Assembly (NCBI GenBank): GCA_037137755.1
Contig: JBAXJR010000004.1
Location: forward strand, 1-64,000
Source of the DNA: Methanomicrobiales archaeon
Lineage (GTDB): Archaea > Halobacteriota > Methanomicrobia > Methanomicrobiales > Methanospirillaceae
Direction of reading: 5' to 3'
DNA: 64,000 nucleotides
Shown here: positions 18,580 to 29,841 of the stretch, one piece after another
Layout of the letters: the number at the start of each line of letters is the position of its first letter
Position numbering within the stretch: the stretch's first letter is position 1
Translations under genes and position numbers: made by a program
Notes under the pieces: model-generated
Database searches by the model: none
Told to the model about the DNA's origin: nothing
What the model saw: the letters and a program-made list of their open reading frames with translations, nothing else

Positions 18580-18679
18580 AGTGTGGGAGTGGTCGTGCAG
18601 TTATATAATTGTTGGGGGTGCGGTAGATTAGAAAAAAGTATGTAGAACAGGAAGGGGTACTTCCTGCTATCTCCGGTTA

Positions 18680-19888
18680 TTATCCGCGTCCGAGCTGCTG
18701 GTGGGCACGCGCAAGGTGTCGGGCGCCAAGTGCACCGAGAAGCGACAATTCCCCGGCAAGGACACCGGATGCCACGATCTCGGCAAATTTACGTGCATGG
18801 GAGCCAGGAGGGTCCCCGCCGCCGGAAACCCCAAGGAGCGAAAGGCATTCCGCCTGTGTGGCGATACCGGTACCCCCTCCGACCGTCCCGACGTTCAGGG
18901 AGGGAATAGTCACAGCAATGTAGATGCCTCCCGGTGCCTGGTCGACGGTCGTAATGCAGCTGCTCCCCTCAACGACATGTGCAGGGTCCTGGCCGCATGC
19001 GATGAACATGGCTGCAATCACGTTGGCCGCGTGCGCGTTGAACCCGAGTGAACCGGCGCGTGCTGAACCGACGAGGTTCTTACGGAGGTTCACCTCGGTA
19101 AGAGTCGCAGCATCGGTTTTTAAGACCTCGTGTATCAGCCCGTCCGGCAGGAATACTCCGGCAACCACGCTTTTTCCCCTGCCGCGTATCATGTTTATCG
19201 CTGCAGGCTTTTTATCGGAGCACATGTTCCCTGAAAGGGCAATAAGCCTCGCGGCCGTGGAATCTGCGATCAGGTCCGCGACTTTTGCACTGGCGATCGT
19301 GACCATGTTCATTCCCATCGCATCCTTGGTATCAAACTCCAGCCGGACAAAAACGCTGGTCCCGGTTACTGACGTCGTAACATCAAGGAACTTCCCGTGA
19401 GAAGTCGTGCTCTCTGCCACCTTGCGGATCTCCTCGCGGTGGGACGAGACCCAGTCCGCGATCTCCTTTGCATGGGCAACACTTCGTGCCGCAAAGACAG
19501 GTGCGCGGGTCATCCCGTCCCTTACAATCCGGACCTCTGCCCCGCCGGCCTTTGTGATCGCCCCGCAGCCCCGGTTGACCGAGGCGACGAGCGCTCCCTC
19601 GGTCGTCGCAAGCGGAAGAAAAAACTCCCCGTTTGCATATTCACCATGGACGGCAAGCGGTCCGGCAACACCCACCGGCACCTGCACAGCGCCAATCATG
19701 TTTTCGCAGTTTTTCCTGACAATATTATCGATCCCGATGGAAAAGGAACCGAGGCTCCGGAGGTCAGAACCCGTTACCTGCTCGATATATGTCCTCCGGA
19801 TGCGTACAGCTTCGGGCGGGGGAAGTTCCTTCTCGAGGGCATATAATTTAAGAGACCCGGACTTAAGTCTCTCAAGATAATCCTGCAT
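18680..19888 (-). CDS. hmgA: HMG-CoA reductase (class I, NADPH)
   Basis: CENMIG, PLATTEGALVAS, DAMGMNM, GTVGGGT; start ATG 19888. Confidence 0.95.
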   Translation of the reverse strand: MQDYLERLKSGSLKLYALEKELPPPEAVRIRRTYIEQVTGSDLRSLGSFSIGIDNIVRKNCENMIGAVQVPVGVAGPLAVHGEYANGEFFLPLATTEGALVASVNRGCGAITKAGGAEVRIVRDGMTRAPVFAARSVAHAKEIADWVSSHREEIRKVAESTTSHGKFLDVTTSVTGTSVFVRLEFDTKDAMGMNMVTIASAKVADLIADSTAARLIALSGNMCSDKKPAAINMIRGRGKSVVAGVFLPDGLIHEVLKTDAATLTEVNLRKNLVGSARAGSLGFNAHAANVIAAMFIACGQDPAHVVEGSSCITTVDQAPGGIYIAVTIPSLNVGTVGGGTGIATQAECLSLLGVSGGGDPPGSHARKFAEIVASGVLAGELSLLGALGARHLARAHQQLGRG

Positions 19889-19938
19889 GAGATAATGTTT
19901 CTTTTCCGGGGTAAATGATTTAGTGGTGGAGTGTACAG

Positions 19939-20856
19939 GTGAAGGTCGAACAATGGGCATTATTGGTCCCGAAAAAAAAGGGAGAAGAGAAACGGCAGAA
20001 GCTCATTGCAGACGGGCTGCTGGACGCCAGTCTTAAGCCATTTGTTGAAGGGGAAAACATTTTTTTCCCTTTGACCAGAAGTGGTGACGTGAGGTTGCGG
20101 GCATCATTCGACGCCCACGAAAAACAGTTGGCCGCGTTAGCACGCCATGAACTAATCGGTGGTATCGCGGTAATGCAGGAGGGCGACAATGCGGCTGCAG
20201 AGGCCCTGTTGGCATCACGGCCTGGGATCCATACGGTGCTCGCCACGACAAGCGATGTACAGGGAGAATATCGTACAAAGGAGTTTGAGGTCCTGGCGGG
20301 TATCCCCACCACCCGGACGAGTGTCCTGGAATACGGGCACCGTTTTACCGTCGACCTTTCGGAGGCCTACTTCTCTCCCCGGCTTGCCACGGAGCGTCAG
20401 CGGGTGCTCCACCTGATGGGGGGAGATGAGACCGTGCTCGATATGTTCGCCGGGGTGGGGCCGTTCGCAATTACAATGAGTAAATTCGCCCGGCTCGTCA
20501 TATCATCAGATATTAATCCTGCGGCAGTTATCCTGATGAAAGAAAACTGTCTCGATAACCGCTGTACCAATGTAATGCCCGTGCTTGCGGACTCCGGCAG
20601 GCTTTCAAAGATCCTGCCCTGGAAATTCGATCGCGTGGTGATGAACCTGCCCCTCCTTGCCCCACAGTTCCTGGAGGAAGCATTCCGGCTGTGCCGGCCG
20701 GGCGGGACTATTCATTGTTACGCGCTTGTGTCGTCCGTTGGGGAGCACCTTGAAAAAATCAGCACGTTTCAGCCTTCTGCGGTCAGGGAGCACACCGTAA
20801 GGTCGTATTCCCCTGGAAGATGGCATACCGTGTATGATATCACGGCTGGAAAATAG
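19939..20856 (+). CDS. trm5: Trm5/Met10-family tRNA methyltransferase
   Basis: YFSPRLATER, DMFAGVGPF, DINP, VVMNLP. Confidence 0.8.
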   Translation: MKVEQWALLVPKKKGEEKRQKLIADGLLDASLKPFVEGENIFFPLTRSGDVRLRASFDAHEKQLAALARHELIGGIAVMQEGDNAAAEALLASRPGIHTVLATTSDVQGEYRTKEFEVLAGIPTTRTSVLEYGHRFTVDLSEAYFSPRLATERQRVLHLMGGDETVLDMFAGVGPFAITMSKFARLVISSDINPAAVILMKENCLDNRCTNVMPVLADSGRLSKILPWKFDRVVMNLPLLAPQFLEEAFRLCRPGGTIHCYALVSSVGEHLEKISTFQPSAVREHTVRSYSPGRWHTVYDITAGK

Positions 20857-20873
20857 ACGGAAAAAGAGGTTCC

Positions 20874-21266
20874 TTATTCATCCGGCACATACTTCGTGCC
20901 GTAATAAATAACCCCGCTTGCACCGTCCGCCGCGATCCGGCGGAATGTTCCCTTCACGCGCATCCCGATCTTCACATCTTCGGGAGGACAGACGATCTGG
21001 GCGGTAATCCGCGGACCTTCATCGAGTTTGACAATTGCGAGGGCATAGGGTGTGAGGTCTTCAAACTGGTCACTCGCTGTCCTGATGATCGTGTGGGTCA
21101 CCACGGTCCCTGTACCCTTGAACTTATACTCCACGATCTCACCGCTGCGGCGGCAGTCGGGACAGAATGAACGTGGAGGGAAGAAATGCCTCCCGCATGT
21201 CTTACAGACCGTCCCAATCAGGTTATACCGCTGTGGGATCTTTCTCCAGAACCTTGCTACTGACAT
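20874..21266 (-). CDS. DUF35 Zn-ribbon/OB-fold scaffold of the thiolase-HMGS complex
   Basis: CKTC...FPPRSFCPDC plus OB fold; follows the thiolase gene. Confidence 0.92.
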   Translation of the reverse strand: MSVARFWRKIPQRYNLIGTVCKTCGRHFFPPRSFCPDCRRSGEIVEYKFKGTGTVVTHTIIRTASDQFEDLTPYALAIVKLDEGPRITAQIVCPPEDVKIGMRVKGTFRRIAADGASGVIYYGTKYVPDE

Positions 21267-21271
21267 GGCCT

Positions 21272-22435
21272 TTACACCCCGAAGATATGCACGGCAACCG
21301 TTGCACCGGTACCACCCACGTTATGGGTCATTCCAATCTTCGCTCCATCGATCTGGCGACGCTTGGCATCGCCGCGCAGCTGGGTCACAATTTCGTAGAC
21401 CTGCTTGATGCCCGTTGCCCCGACCGGGTGTCCGCAGGCCTTGAGGCCCCCGCTGGTATTGACCGGCAGGTCACCGTTCAATGCGGTCACACCTTCCATT
21501 GTCAGCATTCCTGCTTCACCTTTTTTACAGAACCCGAGGTCCTCAATTGCGCAGATCTCGGCGATGGTAAAGCAGTCATGCACCTCGACGAGGTCGATCT
21601 CTTTTGGGGTGATCCTGGCGGTTTTGAATGCCCGTTGTCCCGCGGCCACCGTGGCGTCGAGCGTCGAAATATCTCTCCTGTCGTGCAGGGTGATGGTGTC
21701 GCTTGCCTGCTCACTCGCGAGTACCCGTACAGGGGTATCGGTAAATTCACGGGCACGGTCCAGGGGCGCTACGATTACCGCTGCAGCCCCGTCCGTAATT
21801 GGTGAGCAGTCGAAAAGCCGCAGGGGATCTGCAACAAGTGATGACCTGAGCACCGTGTCGATCGTGATCTCCTGCTGGAACTGCGCAATTGGATTTCTTG
21901 CACCATTATAATGGTTTTTCACTGCGACCTGAGCAAGCTGTTCCCGCGTCAGCGGGTAGCGGCTCATGTAGTCAGTTGCGATCATCGCGTAGAGGCCGGG
22001 GAAGGTCGCTCCGACAAACCCCTCCCATTCACGGTCCGCTGCACCGGCAAGCGCATCCACGCTCGCACCAGTCCCGACGTCGGTCATCTTCTCGACTCCC
22101 GCCGCAACAACGATGTCTTCCATGCCACTGGCGACTGCGATCACAGCCTGCCGGAACGAAAGTCCGCCTGAAGCACAGGCAGCTTCAACCCGGGTCGACG
22201 GGATGTGCCGCGTGGAAAGGCCGGAGTAGTCCGCAATCAGTGCGCCGATATGCTCCTGCTCGATAAAACGACCGGCACTCATGTTTCCGACATACATCGC
22301 GTCAATGTCCTCACCAGACAGGTTTGCATCGTCAAGTGCGAGGGTGCCTGCCTCGACAAAGAGGTCGCGGAATGAACTTCCCCATTTTTCCCCAAAGGGA
22401 GTACAACCGATCCCGATAACTGCTACTTCTCTCAT
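21272..22435 (-). CDS. Acetyl-CoA acetyltransferase (archaeal thiolase)
   Basis: [31 protein letters not shown]. Confidence 0.93.
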   Translation of the reverse strand: MREVAVIGIGCTPFGEKWGSSFRDLFVEAGTLALDDANLSGEDIDAMYVGNMSAGRFIEQEHIGALIADYSGLSTRHIPSTRVEAACASGGLSFRQAVIAVASGMEDIVVAAGVEKMTDVGTGASVDALAGAADREWEGFVGATFPGLYAMIATDYMSRYPLTREQLAQVAVKNHYNGARNPIAQFQQEITIDTVLRSSLVADPLRLFDCSPITDGAAAVIVAPLDRAREFTDTPVRVLASEQASDTITLHDRRDISTLDATVAAGQRAFKTARITPKEIDLVEVHDCFTIAEICAIEDLGFCKKGEAGMLTMEGVTALNGDLPVNTSGGLKACGHPVGATGIKQVYEIVTQLRGDAKRRQIDGAKIGMTHNVGGTGATVAVHIFGV

Positions 22436-23484
22436 TCCTGCATCACGATTTTCCCTTTGTGTTTTGCATACTGTGCATACTGGATATATACCGGGCTTTT
22501 CAGGAGCTGTTCTACCGAAGGGGCGGAAGCCCGGTTAAAGTCTGACGATTCGATTACATCTGTCACGGAGATATCGAATGCATCGCTTCCTGCCCCGGAA
22601 CCGAATGAACAGACAAATATCCTGTCCCCACCTTTAGCGATATCAAGGGTGGCAGCAAGTCCGATCATGCTCGAGCCACTGTAGGTATTCCCGAGTCTTG
22701 GGACAACAAGCCCCGGCTTTATCTGGTCCATGGAGAACCCGAGAGTTTTTGCGACTTTCTGGGGGAACTTCGCATTCGGCTGGTGGAACACTGCATAATC
22801 ATAGTCCTTTGCCGATTTACCGAGTTCTTCCAGCATGAGACGGCTGGCACCCTCGACATGTTTGAAATATCCCGGGTCACCGGTAAAACGGCCCCCGTGC
22901 CTTGGGTAGTCCTGCCCCTCCCTCCGCCAGAAATCCGGGGTGTCAGTGGTAAACGAGCACGTGTGATTGATCCGTGCAATGGGGTCCTGCCTGCCTACCA
23001 GGAATGCTGCGCCACCGGCTGCCGCGGTATATTCAAGTGCGTCGCTTGGGGCCCCCTGGGCCACATCGGAGCCGATTGCAAAGCCGTACTCAATCATGTT
23101 GCTTTTCGCAAGGCCCATGCAGGTCTGGATTCCGGCAGTCCCTGCCTTGCATGCGAACTCGTAGTCGGCTGCCATCATCCTCGGGGTTGCCCCGATCGCT
23201 TCACCGACCGTGCAGGCCGTTGGTTTCACCGCATAGGGATGTGATTCACTTCCGACATAGACTGCCCCGATCTTCTCCGGGTCAATATGCCGCCGTAACA
23301 GCGCATTCCTTGCAGCTTCCACCGCGATGGTTGCCGTGTCCTCATCGAGGTCAGGGACCGATTTTTCAAAAACTCCGAGGCCGCCGGTGATATCACTGGC
23401 ATTTGCGCCCCATACTTTGGCGATCTCTTCAACCTTAATGCGGTATCGCGGTATGTATACACCGTAGGTGATAATTCCTACCAT
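22432..23484 (-). CDS. Hydroxymethylglutaryl-CoA synthase
   Basis: [39 protein letters not shown]. Confidence 0.95.
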   Translation of the reverse strand: MVGIITYGVYIPRYRIKVEEIAKVWGANASDITGGLGVFEKSVPDLDEDTATIAVEAARNALLRRHIDPEKIGAVYVGSESHPYAVKPTACTVGEAIGATPRMMAADYEFACKAGTAGIQTCMGLAKSNMIEYGFAIGSDVAQGAPSDALEYTAAAGGAAFLVGRQDPIARINHTCSFTTDTPDFWRREGQDYPRHGGRFTGDPGYFKHVEGASRLMLEELGKSAKDYDYAVFHQPNAKFPQKVAKTLGFSMDQIKPGLVVPRLGNTYSGSSMIGLAATLDIAKGGDRIFVCSFGSGAGSDAFDISVTDVIESSDFNRASAPSVEQLLKSPVYIQYAQYAKHKGKIVMQE

Positions 23485-24188
23485 TTTTCTTCCCTCAATG
23501 CGCTTACGATTTTGTCAATGCTCATTTCTGTACAGAGTACCGTGATCCGGTCCTTTTCTGCCATTTTCGCCACAAGCGGGTGCACTTTCGACGCTTCGAT
23601 CCCCTGCAGCACTACGCACCTCGGTTTGAACGGTGTTACCCTGATGGCGACCATGGGTGATTTCCCGGTGGACACGTTGGTAAATATCAGGGCTCGTTCG
23701 GTGCTCCAGCCATAGATGCGGTTGAACTCGTTGGACGAGAGGTTCAGGATCGCGTTTAAGCTGTTGACGACCGTGTAGCCGAAGATCGTCTGGTCCATCG
23801 ACCCGCAGATTGGTGTGCAGGCAATTGCGCTGGAAAGCAACCCGAGCGGGACGGGGTTGGCGTAGTCGTGCATGTCATAGATGACATCCTCGTCAAAGTC
23901 GCTGTACAGCATCTTTGCAAACTTCTGAATGTTTTTGCCGCCGTTCGCCTCGTCAATCGAGAGGATTGTGTCGACAATTTTTCCGACAACGGCAGTCCCG
24001 GGGCTCTTTCTCCGCCCACTTTCGTAGTCACTGATGACCGAAGGTGAAACCTCAAGATGGTCGGAGAGCACCCCCTGGGGAATGTCAAAACTCATTCTCC
24101 ATTTCTTCAGGGCCTTTCCCGGAGAGTCCGATAGCGTAATTTCCCCAGCCATTTTTTCGGCCAGCTGATTCCGCAGTCCGGATTTCAT
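23478..24188 (-). CDS. XRE-type HTH transcriptional regulator upstream of HMG-CoA synthase
   Basis: [43 protein letters not shown]. Confidence 0.85.
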   Translation of the reverse strand: MKSGLRNQLAEKMAGEITLSDSPGKALKKWRMSFDIPQGVLSDHLEVSPSVISDYESGRRKSPGTAVVGKIVDTILSIDEANGGKNIQKFAKMLYSDFDEDVIYDMHDYANPVPLGLLSSAIACTPICGSMDQTIFGYTVVNSLNAILNLSSNEFNRIYGWSTERALIFTNVSTGKSPMVAIRVTPFKPRCVVLQGIEASKVHPLVAKMAEKDRITVLCTEMSIDKIVSALREEKW

Positions 24189-24482
24189 GGTCAAGTACGT
24201 AAAACTCAAAAGATATTATAATTAACGAATGTGACTTCGACATTTCACGAATTAATGGGTGGAAAAAATATCGTAAACAGTATGGAAAGAATACCGGTAT
24301 TTCATGGTTTCAAAAGACCCTCGCTTGTGACATTCTGGTTTTTTGGTACCGGAATTTTTGAACTCCTAACAATTTCAAAGCGAAAAATTGACGAAACGAT
24401 TCATGTTCCCCATGATTTTTTTCCGGTGCCGTTTCCGCATGATGCCAACTCATAAATAATAAGCATCTCAATTTTGATAAGC

Positions 24483-25145
24483 ATGATACCCCCTGAAGAC
24501 CTCCAGTGTCTCAAGGTAATAGCACTGCGGGGTGGTTGTAAAGGCCCCATCTTTGTTTCATCGCAGACCATAGGTGAGATGCTTGCAATAAGCCAGCAAA
24601 CCGCATCACGGCGACTGAAAGGACTCGAAACGCGTGGGTTCCTCACGCGGACGATCGTACCTGACGGCCAGCATGTAACCCTGACCGGGGCCGGGGAAGC
24701 AGAGCTCCGTAAGGAGTACCAGGAATACAGCCGGATTTTTTCCGAGCACAATAAGGGGTATGTCCTGAACGGGACCGTGGTCAGCGGTATCGGGGAGGGC
24801 AAATATTACATGAGCCTCGCACCTTACAAGGAGCAGTTCAATACTCACCTGGGGTTTGAACCCTACCCGGGCACACTCAACATCCGCCTCTCCTCCTCAA
24901 GCATACCGGTGCGCAAGAAGATCGATGCACTGGAGTGGATCCGGATCAAGGGATTTTCAACTGACGGCAGGACATTTGGCGATGCAAAGTGCCTCCCCTG
25001 CCGTATCGGGGAAATATCCTGCGGCATTGTCATGCCGGGGAGGACACACTACCCTGAGGACATCATAGAAGTGATCGCACCGATAGCCCTCCGCAGGAAA
25101 CTTGGTGTCGAAGACACCGACACGGTAACCGTTGAGGTGGAGTAG
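24483..25145 (+). CDS. ribK: CTP-dependent riboflavin kinase with N-terminal HTH (RbkR-type)
   Basis: SQQTASRRL HTH; GTVVSGIGEGKYY, PYPGTLN, RTHY. Confidence 0.92.
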   Translation: MIPPEDLQCLKVIALRGGCKGPIFVSSQTIGEMLAISQQTASRRLKGLETRGFLTRTIVPDGQHVTLTGAGEAELRKEYQEYSRIFSEHNKGYVLNGTVVSGIGEGKYYMSLAPYKEQFNTHLGFEPYPGTLNIRLSSSSIPVRKKIDALEWIRIKGFSTDGRTFGDAKCLPCRIGEISCGIVMPGRTHYPEDIIEVIAPIALRRKLGVEDTDTVTVEVE

Positions 25146-25822
25146 TGATCGATGAAGCGCTCAAAGCATTACGTGACGGCAAGTTCATCCTGCTCTACGA
25201 TTTTGATGACCGTGAAAGGGAGACCGATTTTGCAATACGGTCTGATGCGGTCACCCCGCGCCATATTTTCCAGATGAGGAAGGACGGTGGCGGACTAATC
25301 TGCACGGCGGTTCATCCGGTCGCAGCCCAGCGTCTCGGGCTGCCGTTTGCAAGCGACGCACTCAGGGCAATTGCCGTGGCGGAACGGGAGGGGGACATCC
25401 CGTACGACCGCAAGAACCATTCCTCCTTCTCTCTCTGGGTGAACCACCGCAACACGTTCACGGGCATCACCGACCGTGACCGTGCACTAACTGTCAACGC
25501 GATTGCGGAACAGGTGAAACAGGCACTGAATGGCGGGAACGTTAACTTCCACGAGGTTTTCCGCACCCCCGGGCATATGGCGCTCCTGAGGGCGGCGGAC
25601 GGGCTGCTCGACCGGCGGAAAGGCCAGACCGAGCTCTCGATAGCCATGGCAGAGATGGCAGGTGTCACCCCGGCAATCACCATCTGCGAGATGCTGGATG
25701 ATGAGTCCGGTTACGCACTGACAAAAACAGATGCAAGGATCTACGCAGAAACGCACGGCCTTGAATTTGTCGAAGGTCCCGAAGTGATGGAGCGGTGGGA
25801 AGAACAAAAAAGGCATCAATAA
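25145..25822 (+). CDS. ribB: 3,4-dihydroxy-2-butanone 4-phosphate synthase
   Basis: DFDDRERETD, DGGGLIC, TGITDRDRALT, FRTPGH, ICEML. Confidence 0.95.
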   Translation: MIDEALKALRDGKFILLYDFDDRERETDFAIRSDAVTPRHIFQMRKDGGGLICTAVHPVAAQRLGLPFASDALRAIAVAEREGDIPYDRKNHSSFSLWVNHRNTFTGITDRDRALTVNAIAEQVKQALNGGNVNFHEVFRTPGHMALLRAADGLLDRRKGQTELSIAMAEMAGVTPAITICEMLDDESGYALTKTDARIYAETHGLEFVEGPEVMERWEEQKRHQ

Positions 25823-26064
25823 CCCTTCATTTTTCCATTCTTTATGGCTGATAATGTTCAGAAATACCGCATTATTCATCAATTCATGCATTGCAATGCA
25901 GAACAACCTGTTTAAAACCCATATCCCGGGCCCTTTTAAGAACCCGCACTCGTGGGGCCACATGTACCGTCACATTAGCATGGATCCGTCTCATGACGAT
26001 GTGATCCGCCCGATTCATGGAGCATTCACAAAGATCAAATGCACCAAAACCCTAATGGTATGTA

Positions 26065-27666
26065 ATGCAAGACATTTCCCAGGCGCTCCATAACCTTGGA
26101 TACCCGGCATTCCGCCCGTTCCAGGAGGAGATTGTTCGGGATGTCCTGGCCCGGCGGGATGTATTGGGTCTTTTTGCGACGGGCGCCGGGAAATCTCTCT
26201 GTTACCAGCTTCCTGCAGTATTACTCGAGGGAGTGACCGTTGTTGTTTCGCCCCTGATCTCCCTGATGAAGGAGCAGGTTGGCACATTACAAAAAAAGGG
26301 TATCGCAGCTGCCTCGCTCAACAGCACCCAGTCGTACAGCGAGACAAAGGAGATCACAGAGGCAATTATTGCAGGGGACCTCAGGATCCTTTTTGTTTCC
26401 CCTGAAAAGATATCGACCAAATCTTTTTTTACGCTTATGCAGAAAGCTCGGATAAGCTTTTTTGCCATTGATGAGGCCCATTGCATCTCGACATGGGGCC
26501 ACCAGTTCAGGCCTGAATACCGGAACCTTTCAGTCTTGAAGGAAAAGTATCCCGGAACACCGATCATTGCTCTAACGGCCACGGCTGTGCCCGATGTGAG
26601 AAGGGATATTATCAACCAGCTCCATCTCGTGAACCCGAAGGTATACGTAGGCAGTTTTAACCGGCCGAACCTGTTTTACGACGTAAGGTTGACTCCCAAT
26701 ATTTACCGGCATATCACCTCCGATATCTCGTCACGAAGGAATGTAACGGGTATCATATACTGCCATACCAGGAAGGAGACAGAGACACTTGCGAAAAAAT
26801 TGCGAAATGACGGGTTTTCTGCCGCTGCATACCATGCAGGTCTTTCAGATGCGACCCGCACCCGGGTCCAGAATGCGTTCAACAAGGGTACAACGAAGGT
26901 GATTTGTGCAACGGTCGCGTTTGGGATGGGCATAGACCGGCCTGACCTCCGGTTCGTTATCCATTACGGGATGCCGAAATGCATTGAATCGTATTATCAG
27001 GAGAGCGGCAGGGCCGGAAGGGACGGGGGGCCTGCGGACTGTATCCTCTATTACCGGAAGTCCGACCGCCCCCGTTTAACTGCCCTCATCACGAAGGATT
27101 CCTCCTCGTACGAACTCCGGAAAAAGACCCTGGAGAAACTCGACCAGATGGCCCGTTATTGTGAGACAACCTGTTGCCGGAGGGCCGTCCTGCTCCGCTA
27201 CTTCGAAGAGGACTACCCTGGTAAGGTAGACCGGTGCTGCGATACCTGTAATCCGTCTGAACACCCGGTCATGGACACACCAGGCGAGGCGTCACCCGAA
27301 CCCCGGAAGGCCAGGCGGCGTTCTATCCGGCAGGCAGTTGAAGTAACTCTGGTCGCCCAGCTCATTGTGCAGGGTATTATCGACCTCGAAACTCCATACC
27401 CCGCGTCGTATATTGCCGGGGTCCTGACCGGTGCCGTTAATAAAAAAGTCACCGGGAATGGCCATGATAGACTGAAGAGTTACCGGACGGTCAGGGGCTG
27501 GACCGGGAAAAACCTCGCAGCCCTTATCCGTCACCTCGCGGAACAGGGGATTCTCCGTGAACTTGACGGTATACCAAAGAAGGTCACGCTGAACGAACGG
27601 AGCGGGGAGGTATTCCGGTCAGGGGCGAAGATACTCTATAAGATCTCTGTATCTGAATCAGGGTAA
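26065..27666 (+). CDS. recQ: RecQ family helicase (helicase core plus Zn/RQC, no HRDC)
   Basis: TGAGKSLCYQLP, IDEAHCISTWGHQFRPEY, ATVAFGMGID, YYQESGRAGRDG, CRR...CCDTC. Confidence 0.92.
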   Translation: MQDISQALHNLGYPAFRPFQEEIVRDVLARRDVLGLFATGAGKSLCYQLPAVLLEGVTVVVSPLISLMKEQVGTLQKKGIAAASLNSTQSYSETKEITEAIIAGDLRILFVSPEKISTKSFFTLMQKARISFFAIDEAHCISTWGHQFRPEYRNLSVLKEKYPGTPIIALTATAVPDVRRDIINQLHLVNPKVYVGSFNRPNLFYDVRLTPNIYRHITSDISSRRNVTGIIYCHTRKETETLAKKLRNDGFSAAAYHAGLSDATRTRVQNAFNKGTTKVICATVAFGMGIDRPDLRFVIHYGMPKCIESYYQESGRAGRDGGPADCILYYRKSDRPRLTALITKDSSSYELRKKTLEKLDQMARYCETTCCRRAVLLRYFEEDYPGKVDRCCDTCNPSEHPVMDTPGEASPEPRKARRRSIRQAVEVTLVAQLIVQGIIDLETPYPASYIAGVLTGAVNKKVTGNGHDRLKSYRTVRGWTGKNLAALIRHLAEQGILRELDGIPKKVTLNERSGEVFRSGAKILYKISVSESG

Positions 27667-27685
27667 CAGAAAAAAGGGATGATTT

Positions 27686-28279
27686 TTAGAATTTTAATTG
27701 TGACAGCGCATGGTAGACCATTTTCCGGTATGCGACCAGGTCGATATGGTATTTCTCGGTTGCATGCACTGAATCGGGGCCCGGAACCGGGTTGTCCAGG
27801 CGGTCTAAGGTGGCTTTTGCAGTGTCGAGGACCCATGTGTCCCTGATCTCGCGGTCTACAATTGTGATGGACTCTGCCCTGATCGAGACGAGGACCGTGC
27901 CATCAGGCGTCTCGTACATCGATGGTTTCCCAACGACTGCCACAAATGCAGGCGGCTCTATTCGGGCCATCTGCTGCATCGCCTCGGGCTGGTAACTCCC
28001 GGCAACGACAAAGAAGGTACCGGTTGGATCAACAATCCGTGCCCGGTAAAACATGTTCTGTTCACCCTGGCGCTTCTTTTCGGTCATAGACCCGACGAGG
28101 AATACCCTGTTGCACCGCTGCCCAGTGGGCAGGAGTACGTAGGAAGGACTCTTTTCATCGGTCCCATCGCGGAACTGTTCCCGAATCTCGCGGAGTTCTC
28201 CGGCAAACACCCTCCGGGCCGGTTCACGTTCGAACATGTTCTCCCTCTTGGGGAATCCGCCGGTTGCCGGGGTACTCAT
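27686..28279 (-). CDS. RPA-associated OB-fold protein (small RPA subunit)
   Basis: REPARRVFAGE, LLPTGQRCNRVF, ARIVDPTGTF; ATGA-coupled to rpa. Confidence 0.85.
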   Translation of the reverse strand: MSTPATGGFPKRENMFEREPARRVFAGELREIREQFRDGTDEKSPSYVLLPTGQRCNRVFLVGSMTEKKRQGEQNMFYRARIVDPTGTFFVVAGSYQPEAMQQMARIEPPAFVAVVGKPSMYETPDGTVLVSIRAESITIVDREIRDTWVLDTAKATLDRLDNPVPGPDSVHATEKYHIDLVAYRKMVYHALSQLKF

Positions 28280-29505
28280 GAAACCTCGCCTCCCGTGCGG
28301 TTTAATAATTCAGCCAGCAATGTCGGTTCGAAATGGATGGATTCACATGAGTTGACGATCAGCCTCCGGTCGATCTCTCTCCCCTCGCAACGCAGGTAGC
28401 GCCCGAGGATCTTCTCCCTCATGCGTAAAAACACCTCATCCATGCCGAGCGGGTTGTTCTCAGCAAGTTCCTTTGACACTTCCAGGGTCATACCCGTTAG
28501 CGACTCTACAACCTCACGCTGCACCAGCACCTCCTCGGTGCGGATCCCGTCATCGAGCCAGCCCTTGATCCGGAGGTCGTAGTTGAATTTTGGTTGCATT
28601 TCATGGACCGGGCAATAATTCTGCCGCGAAAGCACCCGGTTACACCCCTCGGCGGTGCATCGCTTGATCAGCCCTGAACCCGGGGCAATATGGACAAGTG
28701 CCCCCTGGAACGTGGTGGCCCCGGAAGAAACGGCTATATCTCCTTCTTCGGCGACAATATTTGCCGTATTCATGTTCAGTGAGTGACGCCCGTTGAACTC
28801 GTCCACAAGGGCGTAATAGATATTATACACCATTCCTGGTGTCAGGCGTTCTTTTCCCTCCTCTTTCCAGGTAACAAATTTTACGGTGCCCGTCTCATCC
28901 CCGAGAAGACCTGACTGCAGCATCCGGTCGTGGGTGACATCCCATTCCTGTATCATCTTCGCCCTGACGCTGGCAACACCTGCCGCCAGTTCGGCTATGG
29001 GAGTTATGACCGGGATTATTACCCCGTCACCTTCGAGCTCCTTCACGGTTGTCCCGGAGTGGACTTTCAGGCTGAGGGCCCCCTTGAACTCATCAACTAC
29101 CGCGGACTCAAAGCGGTACCACGAGTCCTTTTTGATCTCCGGTACCGATGCCTTTGACCAGACTACAAACCGGATCGCTCCTGAAGCGTCTGCGATAATC
29201 CCTGAGTAGGCGATCGATGGCGAGGGTGAACTGCCAAGTGCAACGACCTTCCCCTCAATAGTGACCCATTCTTCCGGGCTGACCGAGTTGATCTGCTTCT
29301 GATCACCGGGACCCGCGGCACCACCGAGCTGGATGCCATAATCGCGTGCAATATCGTACAATACGGTCCGCTCGGCATCAGCCGGCTGAACCCCGAACTC
29401 CTCAATAAGGCGGCGCAGTTTCTGCTCAATCTTTGCTTTATCTGCCGCATGTCCTTTTGACTCAATTTTTTGGGAGATTCTGTCAACAATCTGGGAAATA
29501 TCCAT
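28276..29505 (-). CDS. rpa: Replication protein A (OB folds plus Zn finger)
   Basis: DASGAIRFVVW, GDETGTVKFVTW, GSGLIKRC..CNRVL..CPVH, DLRIKGWLDDG. Confidence 0.9.
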   Translation of the reverse strand: MDISQIVDRISQKIESKGHAADKAKIEQKLRRLIEEFGVQPADAERTVLYDIARDYGIQLGGAAGPGDQKQINSVSPEEWVTIEGKVVALGSSPSPSIAYSGIIADASGAIRFVVWSKASVPEIKKDSWYRFESAVVDEFKGALSLKVHSGTTVKELEGDGVIIPVITPIAELAAGVASVRAKMIQEWDVTHDRMLQSGLLGDETGTVKFVTWKEEGKERLTPGMVYNIYYALVDEFNGRHSLNMNTANIVAEEGDIAVSSGATTFQGALVHIAPGSGLIKRCTAEGCNRVLSRQNYCPVHEMQPKFNYDLRIKGWLDDGIRTEEVLVQREVVESLTGMTLEVSKELAENNPLGMDEVFLRMREKILGRYLRCEGREIDRRLIVNSCESIHFEPTLLAELLNRTGGEVS

Positions 29506-29649
29506 TTTACATCTCCAGTTACATGTTCACCCGGTACCGCATATTAATGGTGGTCGGATGCGCAGGGTGAAACTGATCGGTACTACCTTCCGTGGAGATC
29601 ACCTGCCATAAGTCACAGGTTTAAGTACCGGAATAGTGAATAGTACCGT

Positions 29650-29841
29650 ATGACAATAACAGCAGACAGCACCATCTATGATCTTCTAAAAGCCAAACCA
29701 GAATCATCCGAGGTCTTATTCAAGTTTGGAATGGGTTGCGTCGGATGTGCGATAGCCCGCGGGGAAACGGTCCGTGAGGCAGCCGAGGCTCATGGTGTCC
29801 CGCTGGACGAACTCGTCGCAGCACTTGGGATCTCAAAATAA
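29650..29841 (+). CDS. DUF1858 (hybrid-cluster-associated redox disulfide) protein
   Basis: FGMGCVGC...ETVREAAEAHGV. Confidence 0.88.
   Translation: MTITADSTIYDLLKAKPESSEVLFKFGMGCVGCAIARGETVREAAEAHGVPLDELVAALGISK

Noticed and set aside
24370-24390. CAATTT-N9-AAATTG palindrome upstream of ribK as a possible RbkR operator
   Set aside because: Only 6-bp arms in AT-rich DNA; I cannot match it reliably to the known motif.
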